DNA from: Planctomycetota bacterium
Lineage (GTDB): Bacteria; Planctomycetota; B15-G4; SIAN01
Reading direction: 5' to 3'
Length of the DNA stretch: 64,000 nucleotides
Assembly (NCBI GenBank): GCA_031409275.1
Contig: JANNXA010000033.1
Location: 1 to 64,000 of the forward strand
How positions within the stretch are numbered: the first letter of the stretch is position 1; every line of letters begins with the position of its first letter. The notes below the pieces were generated by a model that had not been told where the DNA came from, ran no database searches, and worked only from the letters and a program-made list of their open reading frames with translations. The position numbers and the translations under genes are program-made. Positions 47,304-55,062 of this stretch are shown piece after piece.

Positions 47304-48262
47304 AACTGGGAGTTTGCGCACAGGCGCTACCGCGCACCTCGCTGGTCGCGGCGCTCGACGCGGCGCGCGACCTCGGGTTCGAGGCGATCGAGCTGCCGGT
47401 CGACGCCGCGAGCCCCTGGATCGACCTCGATGCCGCGCTGGCCGGCGGATGGCGGGTGATCGCCGCGGCGCTGCGTGAGCGAGGGCTCTCGCTGAGCGCG
47501 CTCTCGAACCATCAGGAGGGGCAGCTGCTGCTCGGGCCGCACGGCGAGGAGACGGCGGCGATCCATCGCGGCACTCCCGACGAGCAGGTCGCCTACGCGC
47601 TCCATCGTCTCCGCCAGACCGCCGAGCTGGCGCGCCGGCTCGAGGTCGACGTCGTCTGCGGCTTCACCGGCTGCTCGAACTGGACGCGCTTCTTTCCGTG
47701 GCCGCTGCGCGACGGCTGGGAGCAGATGGAGGCGCCGTTCCGCGAGCGGATGCGGCCGCTGCTCGACGACTTCGAGCGCCTCGGCGTCCGCTTCGCCCAC
47801 GAGTGCCACCCGCTGCAGTTCGCCTACAACACCGAGACGGCGGCGCGCGCGGTCGAGCTGCTCGACGGCCACCCAGCGTTCTGCTTCAACCTCGATCCCG
47901 CCAATCTGCTCCTGGTCGGGGTCGATCCAGTCCTGTTCGCGGTGGAGCACGGCGCGCGCGTCGTCCACGTGCACGGCAAGGACGGCGAGCTGGTCGCCCA
48001 TCACGCCGCGCGCTCCGGCCTGCTGGCGCACGGTCCCTGGCATCGATCGGGACGCGGCTTCCGCTTCCGCGTGCCGGGTTGGGGCGACGTGCCTTGGAGG
48101 CGCCTGATCAGCGAGCTGCAGCTCGCTGGCTTCCACGGCGTCATCGCGGTGGAGCACGAGGATCCGACCATGTCGGAACGAGAGGGGCTGCTGCAGGCGA
48201 TTCGCTTCCTGCAGCCGCTGCTGTTGCGTGATCCGCCGCCGGGGGAGCGCCGCTGGTGGTGA
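47300..48262 (+). CDS. Sugar phosphate isomerase/epimerase (xylose-isomerase-like TIM barrel)
   Basis: HECHP, NLDPAN, HVHGKD, PGWGDVPW, VEHED; GTGA overlap. Confidence 0.9.
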   Translation: MKLGVCAQALPRTSLVAALDAARDLGFEAIELPVDAASPWIDLDAALAGGWRVIAAALRERGLSLSALSNHQEGQLLLGPHGEETAAIHRGTPDEQVAYALHRLRQTAELARRLEVDVVCGFTGCSNWTRFFPWPLRDGWEQMEAPFRERMRPLLDDFERLGVRFAHECHPLQFAYNTETAARAVELLDGHPAFCFNLDPANLLLVGVDPVLFAVEHGARVVHVHGKDGELVAHHAARSGLLAHGPWHRSGRGFRFRVPGWGDVPWRRLISELQLAGFHGVIAVEHEDPTMSEREGLLQAIRFLQPLLLRDPPPGERRWW

Positions 48263-50166
48263 GCGACTCGTCCTCGGGCCGGAAGCCGCCGCGCGACGAG
48301 TTGCGCGACCAACCGAGCGACGAACCGCTCGATGTGGTGGCGCGCCTCGCCGACCACCAGCAGAACCTGTGGCCCGCGCCGCCGACACCGTCGCGGGTCG
48401 CTTTGCTGGCGTTGCCCTTGCCGCGAATCGTCGACGCACTGCTTGGCGCGGAGCGGGACACGGCGCGCTCCAACTGGCTCGCCGATCGCGCCGCGGAACT
48501 CGGAGGCGGCGACGGCCCGCTGCCGATCGTCGATCTTGGTGGTGAGTTCGCGCGGCTCGGCACGGCGAGCGCGACGTGTTCCCGGTTCGACGCGCGCCTT
48601 GACGCGCTCGGCGCGAGCGGCGTTCGTCGACTGATCGTGGTCGGCGGGCAGGAGAACCGTGGCTTCGCGCGAGCCGTCGCGGCGCGCTGGTCGGGCGAGC
48701 TGCAGCCGCTGCAGTGGCCGCTCGATGCTTGGCTGGCGAACGTGCCGGCGCTGCGCGACGACGAGCGGCCGCCGCCGGACGGTCGGCAGGCCGTACGCGC
48801 ATCCGATCCGGCTCGCCGTCTCGGTCCGTGGTGGGGTTTTGTGCCACCGCGCGCGCTTCTCGGGACGCGCGAAGGCGCGGAGCTGCGTGCCGCATGGCAG
48901 GCCTACTGGTGCGCGCGCGGCCGGCCCGACGCGGTGCGCTGCGCCGTCCTCGGGCTCGACTCCGACCTCGAGGCCGCGCTGCAAGTCGCGTCGTGCTCCT
49001 CCGATTCGCCGCCGCCGTCCGACCGTGCGGGCGCGCTCGCGCGCCACGTCGCCATCACCGGCCTCGACGGCGCCGGCAAGTCGACCCACGCCGCTCGCCT
49101 CGCCGCCGCGCAGGCGGCGCGCGGACGGCAGGTTGCCGTGGTGAAGATCTATCGGCAGGGCGCGTTCCTCGAGCTCGCCGGCGAGCTCGGCGCGCGAACG
49201 CGCCGCGGGGCTCCGCTCGCCGCCTTCCGCGTCTCCCGGCTCGTCAAGCTGATCGACAGCGCGCGCGTGCTCCGCGATCGCCTCGCGCCGATCGCCGGCA
49301 GCTGCGACCTGCTGCTGCTCGATCGCTGGCTCGAGACGCATGTCGCCGCGGCACGCAGCCAGCTCGGCTGGGATCTCTCCGGCCATCCGCTGCTCGCCGC
49401 GTTCCCGCACGTCGATCGGCGCTACTGGCTCGAGCTCGATCCCGCGCAGGCGATCGCGCGGCTCGATGCGCGGCCGGAACGTCGGAGTGCCGACGAGCAC
49501 GCGACTGGCTTGCGCGGCTACGCCCGCGAATTCAACCGCCTCGCCGTGGGGACGGGCGAGCGGCGCCTCGCCGCCAGCGCGCCGATCGAGGAGAACGCGG
49601 CGCGGCTCCTCGCCGAGGTCGACACGCTGCTCGGTCCGCCGCGCGCCGGCGGAGCCGTCGTGGCGATCGAGAATGCGGCGCCGCCGCGACTGCCTTTCGA
49701 TCCCGCGCGCGAGCGCTGCGCGGTCCACCTCGGCGCGGCGACCGACGGGAGCGAGCTCGGTCGCGACCTCTTCGCGCTGCGCGCCGATCTGCGTCAGCGG
49801 TCAGGCGCGGTGCTCGACGGGCTGCCGGAGGCGACATGGATCGAGGCGTATGCGGCGGAGCTGCTGTTGGCGCTCGCGACGACGCGGCCGCGCCGCGCCG
49901 CCGTCGCGCTGTGGCCCGCGGCGTTGGCGCTGATGGAGGAGCTCGGCGACCTGCCGATGCTCGACGAGCTCGCGCGGATGGTCGAGGCCGAGACGATCGT
50001 CGGGTCGTGGGGCGATCGCGTTGAGGTCGAGCGTGCCGCGGCGGAGGCGTTCCGCGCGTTTGGCTTCGCGCCGCGTGGCGCCGAACGGTTCGCCGCGAGC
50101 TACGGCGACTCGTTGCGCGCGCTGTCGCGAGCGTGGAGTGCCGCGCCGATCGCGCCCGCCTCGTAG
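48259..50166 (+). CDS. Multidomain protein with central thymidylate-kinase-like P-loop domain
   Basis: TGLDGAGKST, LLDRW, LDPAQAIARL..R; flanking regions unrecognised; GTGA overlap. Confidence 0.75.
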   Translation: MSDSSSGRKPPRDELRDQPSDEPLDVVARLADHQQNLWPAPPTPSRVALLALPLPRIVDALLGAERDTARSNWLADRAAELGGGDGPLPIVDLGGEFARLGTASATCSRFDARLDALGASGVRRLIVVGGQENRGFARAVAARWSGELQPLQWPLDAWLANVPALRDDERPPPDGRQAVRASDPARRLGPWWGFVPPRALLGTREGAELRAAWQAYWCARGRPDAVRCAVLGLDSDLEAALQVASCSSDSPPPSDRAGALARHVAITGLDGAGKSTHAARLAAAQAARGRQVAVVKIYRQGAFLELAGELGARTRRGAPLAAFRVSRLVKLIDSARVLRDRLAPIAGSCDLLLLDRWLETHVAAARSQLGWDLSGHPLLAAFPHVDRRYWLELDPAQAIARLDARPERRSADEHATGLRGYAREFNRLAVGTGERRLAASAPIEENAARLLAEVDTLLGPPRAGGAVVAIENAAPPRLPFDPARERCAVHLGAATDGSELGRDLFALRADLRQRSGAVLDGLPEATWIEAYAAELLLALATTRPRRAAVALWPAALALMEELGDLPMLDELARMVEAETIVGSWGDRVEVERAAAEAFRAFGFAPRGAERFAASYGDSLRALSRAWSAAPIAPAS

Positions 50167-51020
50167 CCGCTGCGCGCCCGCTCCACGCGCGTCGCCGTGC
50201 CGATCTCCGCCATCGCGTCGCGTTGCATCGCCGCTTCCACGGCGGAAACGAAGCCGGAGTCGAGCTCGACGACGCCGCCGCCGAGCACCAGGAGCGGCAG
50301 CGCCAGCAGGTTGGTCGCGCTCGCCAGCGCGCCGCCGAGCGCAGCCGCCGCCGTCGCGAGGGCCGCGGCGACGCGCGGGGCGTCCGCTACGGCGGCGTCC
50401 GCGAGTCCGCCCTTCGCCAGTCCGAGCTGGCGCTCGATCGCGCCACCCGACGCGATGGCGCCGATGCAGCCGCGCCGTCCGCACGCGCACTCGGGGCCGT
50501 TGCGATCGACGGAGAGGTGGCCGATTTCGCCGGCGAGACCGCCCTGCCCCGGCCAGAGTTCGCCGCGCAACACCAGGGCGCCGCCGATGCCCGTGCCGAC
50601 CGCGAGGAAGAGGAAGTCGCGATCGGCGCCCTCGCGGACGGCGAGCTCGGCGCGCGCCGCTTGATGGACGTCGTTGTCGAGGCAGACCGGCAGCGCGAGC
50701 CGCTCGGCCAGCTGCGCCGCAAGCGGCACCTCGCGCCACTCGCGCAGGATCACCGAGCTGCGCGCGACGCCGCGCGCCGAATCGACAAGGCCGGGGAATC
50801 CGATGCCCGCTGCGCGCGCCCGGTGAGTGGGCGCCAGCGCCGCGAGCTGCTCCGCCAGCGCCGCCATCGCCTCGACCACGCGAGCCGGCGAGCCGGCGGG
50901 GGTCGCGACGCGCTGCTGGGCGACGATGCGGCCGGCCGCGTCGACCAGCGCGGCGAGGAGCTTCGTCCCGCCGAGGTCGAATCCGAAGGTCGCGAGCCCG
51001 CCGCCGTGCTCAGCCGGCAT
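50100..51020 (-). CDS. ROK family kinase
   Basis: DLGGTK, GFPG, DND, GTGIGGA, AGEIGH, CACGRRGC. Confidence 0.92.
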   Translation of the reverse strand: MPAEHGGGLATFGFDLGGTKLLAALVDAAGRIVAQQRVATPAGSPARVVEAMAALAEQLAALAPTHRARAAGIGFPGLVDSARGVARSSVILREWREVPLAAQLAERLALPVCLDNDVHQAARAELAVREGADRDFLFLAVGTGIGGALVLRGELWPGQGGLAGEIGHLSVDRNGPECACGRRGCIGAIASGGAIERQLGLAKGGLADAAVADAPRVAAALATAAAALGGALASATNLLALPLLVLGGGVVELDSGFVSAVEAAMQRDAMAEIGTATRVERARSGYEAGAIGAALHARDSARNESP

Positions 51021-52161
51021 GCGCAACCCGAGCGCGGGGGCGAGGCTCCGTCCGCGCCATCGCGGCCGAGACGGCAGCGGCGAGCTCCGCGCCGTCCACT
51101 TCGTCGATCGTCACCGACGTGGCGGAGGTCGGCAGGACGTAGTGGAGCCGGTTGCCGCGCACCAGGCGGATCGCCGCAAGCCGGTCGAGCGCTGCGCACA
51201 GCCGCTCCGGCGCGACGGGCGGCGGAAGCTCGAAGCGGGCGAGCAGTGCGACGATGCGGTCGCGGTCGATTTCCGTGCAAAGGCCGCGGGCGCGGGCGAG
51301 CTCGAGGGCGACGATCAGCCCCCACGCGACCGCTTCGCCGTGCAGGATCCCCTCGTAGCCGAGCTCGGTCTCGAGCGCGTGGCCGAAGGTGTGGCCGAGG
51401 TTCAGCGGGCGGCGCAGGTCGCGCTCGTACGGGTCGCCGGCCAGCAGCTCGATCTTCTTCGCCGCCGAGCGGGCGACGACTTTCGTCAGCGCCGCGGGGT
51501 CGCCCGCGAGCAGGCGACGCGCGTCGCTCTCGAGCGTCTCGAGGAGGGGCAGGTCGCCGATCATCGCGACCTTCACCGACTCGGCGAGACCGGCGGCGAG
51601 CTGACGTCGATCGAGCGTGTGCAGCGTCTCCGGGTCGATCCAGACGTGCTGCGGATGGTGGAACGCTCCGAGGAAGTTCTTCGCCCACGGCGCGTTGACG
51701 GCGACCTTTCCGCCGATGGAGGCGTCGTGCTGCGCGAGCAGCGTGGTCGGCACGTTGGCGTACGCGATGCCGCGCATGTAGGTCGCGGCGACCATGCCGC
51801 CGAGGTCGCAGACGACGCCGCCGCCGACGTTGACGATCACGCCGCGCCGATCGAGGCCGGCGGCTTGCAACTCGCCGACGAGCCGCTGCCACTGCTCGAC
51901 GCTCTTCGACGCCTCGCCCGCCGGCACGACGTGGAGCGTGGCGATCCGCCCGTTCGCATGCAGGGCGGAGCGAAGCGGTTGCGCGTAGAGCGGCGCGACG
52001 CCGTCGTCGCTCAGCAGCGCGAGGCGAGCGCCCGGGAAGCGCTCGTCCAGCAGCGCCGGCAGCTCGCCGAGAAGGCCGCGCCGGATCTCGACCGTGTAGC
52101 GACGGTGGGCATCGGCCGATACCTCGAGCTTGGAACGCGGCTCCATCGGCTCAGCCTCCAT
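51010..52161 (-). CDS. Sugar-phosphate cyclase of the DHQS superfamily (possibly a sedoheptulose-7-P cyclase)
   Basis: GEASK, GGGVVCD, RG, PTTLLAQHDASIGGK, KN, E..K, LNLGHTFGH, HGEAV; lacks the C-terminal DKK; alternative start 52146. Confidence 0.88.
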   Translation of the reverse strand: MEAEPMEPRSKLEVSADAHRRYTVEIRRGLLGELPALLDERFPGARLALLSDDGVAPLYAQPLRSALHANGRIATLHVVPAGEASKSVEQWQRLVGELQAAGLDRRGVIVNVGGGVVCDLGGMVAATYMRGIAYANVPTTLLAQHDASIGGKVAVNAPWAKNFLGAFHHPQHVWIDPETLHTLDRRQLAAGLAESVKVAMIGDLPLLETLESDARRLLAGDPAALTKVVARSAAKKIELLAGDPYERDLRRPLNLGHTFGHALETELGYEGILHGEAVAWGLIVALELARARGLCTEIDRDRIVALLARFELPPPVAPERLCAALDRLAAIRLVRGNRLHYVLPTSATSVTIDEVDGAELAAAVSAAMARTEPRPRARVAHAG

Positions 52162-53227
52162 CGGCGACGGCGGCATAGTCGCAGCCGCGGCAGAGGAACC
52201 CGGCCTCGAACTCCTGGCGCAGGTGGCGCGCGCGGATCGCCCGGTAGCGATCGCCGCTCCAGACGTCGGCGATGCCGATCCCGGCCGCGGGATCGATGCG
52301 GCCGACCACCGCGGCGCGATTCCAGTCCACGTTGCAGAGCACGCAGGTTCCATCCCAGAGGACGTAGAGCTTGACGAAGGGACGCTGGCAAAGCGGCGGC
52401 GCCTTGGCGGTGGGCGCGACGGCGCTGCTGGCGAGCCCGGGATCGACGCCCGCGACGGTGCGCTCATTCGAGAAAGCCTTGAGCAGCACGTGGTCGCGGT
52501 ATAGCGGATCGGCCGAGGGGAGTGTCGCGGCGAGCTCGGGCAGGTCGCCCATGACGACCTTGAGGCGCATCGCGCCGAGGCGACCGTTGGGCGCGCGGCC
52601 GAACAGCTCGCGCAACCGGCGGTCGACGGCGGAGAACGAGAGCCCCTCCATCACCTCCTCGTAGCGCGTCGCTTCGAAGCCGTGCACGCTGACGCAAAGC
52701 TCGTCGAGCCCCGCCGCCGCGAGCCGCTCGGCCAGGTCGAGGCGCAGCAGCGCTCCGTTGCTGAACAGGTTGAGCGTCGTGCCGGGAAGCGCGCGCCGCG
52801 CCGCGGCGATCCACTCGACCATGCGCGAGTCGAGCAACGGCTCGTTCATCAGGAACAGCGAGAGGCGCTCGACCGGATGGAGCGTCAACTCGGCGAGGAG
52901 CGCGTCGTAGAGCGCGCGGCTCATCTCGCCGTGCTCGAAGCCGGGGGCGCGCGTGACGAGTGGGTGGGGACACATGCGGCAGGCGGCGTTGCAGCGAGTG
53001 GTGGTCTGCAGCTGCACCTTGAGTGGGAACGGCGGCAGGAGGGCGGCGATGTCCGCCTCCGTCGCGCCGCCGGTGCGGAACGCGGTGGCGGTGCGCAGTA
53101 GCGCGCTCTCGCGTTCGCTGATCGTCGCTCGATCGAAGGGCCGCATCCGGTTCCTCGCGGGGCGGGTGCCACGAGGCGCGCCCGACGGCCCATCGATAGC
53201 ACGGAAACGCACGGGCGCGCCCATCAT
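52151..53227 (-). CDS. Radical SAM enzyme with SPASM/Twitch domain
   Basis: CNAACRMC; MNEPLL; C-terminal CQRP…DG.CVLC…CRGC; start 53227 (ATGA overlap) or 53146. Confidence 0.92.
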   Translation of the reverse strand: MMGAPVRFRAIDGPSGAPRGTRPARNRMRPFDRATISERESALLRTATAFRTGGATEADIAALLPPFPLKVQLQTTTRCNAACRMCPHPLVTRAPGFEHGEMSRALYDALLAELTLHPVERLSLFLMNEPLLDSRMVEWIAAARRALPGTTLNLFSNGALLRLDLAERLAAAGLDELCVSVHGFEATRYEEVMEGLSFSAVDRRLRELFGRAPNGRLGAMRLKVVMGDLPELAATLPSADPLYRDHVLLKAFSNERTVAGVDPGLASSAVAPTAKAPPLCQRPFVKLYVLWDGTCVLCNVDWNRAAVVGRIDPAAGIGIADVWSGDRYRAIRARHLRQEFEAGFLCRGCDYAAVADGG

Positions 53228-54399
53228 CCGGGTCGTGACGCGGATGGGCGCGCCCCGTTCGTGGCGCGACCGCGCGTCGCCGCCTGCTCGAGCGCGAGGC
53301 TGCGGACGACGACTCCGTTCAACGGCTCGAGGCAGGCGATCGCATCGCGCCCGACCCAGCGGAAGTTCGACAGATCGGCGCGCAGCCGCGTCGGGTCGAC
53401 GTCGAGCGCGAAGACGTGGTGGCGAACGATGCGCCGCCGGGCAACGTCGACGTCGTCGAAGTTCCCGATCGCGATGGGCGCCGCATCGGCGAGGCCGAGC
53501 TCCTCGTCGAGCTCGCGCGCCATCGCGGCGGTCGGGGTCTCGCCGGGCTCGAGCTTGCCGCCCGGCGTGTCCCAGAGCCCCGGATGGCTTGCGGCATCAG
53601 CCGTGCGTTGCTCCAGCAGGAGCGCGTCGCCGTGGCGCAGCAGCGCGCCGCAGACCGTCAGCGCCGGCGCGTCGGTGAGGCGTTCGAAGGCGTCGACGTG
53701 GCGGGCGAGCAGCGCCTCGGCGCGCTCGAGGTCGCGCGCGTCGTTCACGTCGATCCAGGGCGCGGCGTGCAGGTGGGCGTGGATCCGCTCGCCGCGCGCG
53801 CGCAGCGCCTCGAAGAGCGCGGGGAGCGGGCAGGGGCGATCGCGTGGGATCGCGGCCAGAGCCAGAGGGCCGAGCACCGAGAGGGCGCTGCAGATCAGGG
53901 CGTCGTGCGTCGGTTTCTCGCGGTAACCGGTGACGTCGTCGCCGTCGATCTCCAGCACGCCCCACGGGATCGTGAACGGCTCGCGATGGACGGCGAGGGT
54001 CAATGCGGCGCCCGAGTCGGAGTGTTCGCGGAGCAGCGCTGCGAGATCGACGGCGGTGAGGTTGTCGGCGTTGACCACCAGCAACGCCTCGGCTCGGCCG
54101 GCCCACTCCGCCGCGGCCCCGATCGTGCCGCTCGGCGTCATCTCGACCTGCACCTCGAGCGCAGCGCCGAGCGCCTCGGCGAGCGGCCGCACGCGCTGCT
54201 CGACGAAGGCGCGCAGCTCCGGGCGCGCGGCCGGAACGACGACGGCGAGGTCGCGCAGCCCGGCGCGCAGCAGCGCCAGCACGTTCCGCTCCAGCAGCGG
54301 GACCCCGCGCACGGCGACCAGTGGCTTGATCGTCGCCGCGCCGCTCTCGCGCATGCGGCTGCCCATCCCGCCCGCCTGCACCAGCGCGACCGTCCTCAT
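53224..54399 (-). CDS. Nucleotidyltransferase fused to NUDIX hydrolase
   Basis: AGGMGSRM…KPLV, GTIGA, NAD, EKP, WIDV; Nudix box GGKLEPGETPTAAMARELDEELG. Confidence 0.9.
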   Translation of the reverse strand: MRTVALVQAGGMGSRMRESGAATIKPLVAVRGVPLLERNVLALLRAGLRDLAVVVPAARPELRAFVEQRVRPLAEALGAALEVQVEMTPSGTIGAAAEWAGRAEALLVVNADNLTAVDLAALLREHSDSGAALTLAVHREPFTIPWGVLEIDGDDVTGYREKPTHDALICSALSVLGPLALAAIPRDRPCPLPALFEALRARGERIHAHLHAAPWIDVNDARDLERAEALLARHVDAFERLTDAPALTVCGALLRHGDALLLEQRTADAASHPGLWDTPGGKLEPGETPTAAMARELDEELGLADAAPIAIGNFDDVDVARRRIVRHHVFALDVDPTRLRADLSNFRWVGRDAIACLEPLNGVVVRSLALEQAATRGRATNGARPSASRPG

Positions 54400-54764
54400 C
54401 GCGGGAGCGTCGCCTCGAAGACGAAGAGGCGCAGCGGGTCGGCGCCGTCGTTGACCAATCCGTGCGTGCCACCCGGTCGATTGCGGATGAGGTCGCCGGC
54501 GACGACGCGGAAGCTCTCCCCGTCGCGCTCCATGCGGCCGCTGCCGGACAGCACCAGATAGAACTCCTCCTCGTCGTCGGCGTGCTGGTGGCGGCCGATC
54601 GAGGCCCCGGGCGGCAACTCGGCGAGGTCGATGAAGTTCAGTGCGCCGGAGAGCTGCTGCCGCTCGGCGACGCGGCAGAAGGCGATCGTGCCGTCGCCGT
54701 GATGCGCCTGGACGCGTTCGAGTGGGAGCTTCCCGAGGTTGCAGCGATCGAACGGGCGACGCAT
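54396..54764 (-). CDS. Cupin domain protein
   Basis: IGRHQHADDEEEFYLVLSGSG and GTHGLVN metal-binding motifs. Confidence 0.9.
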   Translation of the reverse strand: MRRPFDRCNLGKLPLERVQAHHGDGTIAFCRVAERQQLSGALNFIDLAELPPGASIGRHQHADDEEEFYLVLSGSGRMERDGESFRVVAGDLIRNRPGGTHGLVNDGADPLRLFVFEATLPR

Positions 54765-55062
54765 GGGCAGCGCTCCGCGCGTGGCCTGTCGTGCGGGTCG
54801 ACGCGGATCCTACATGCGATCCACTCCTTCCCTTCCGTCTCGCATGGCGCAACCCAGACTTACATCCGCGATGTCTGCCCGACCGCGCGCACCGTCGACG
54901 AATGCGCGCACGGCGGCGCGGCTCACGCCCTGGCGCGCCCCTCTCGCTCGGGCCGTTCTTCCGCCCGTGTAACGCCTCCGCCCGGAACCGGGTGTTACGG
55001 GCGGTGCCGCAGCGGCGGCGCTCGCGATGCGCTTCTCTTCTTCCGGCAACCGGAGCGACCCG

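Noticed and set aside
51010..52161. Calling the cyclase aroB or btrC
   Set aside because: It lacks the AroB DKK motif and shikimate context, and lacks the BtrC-type KQAVN signature.
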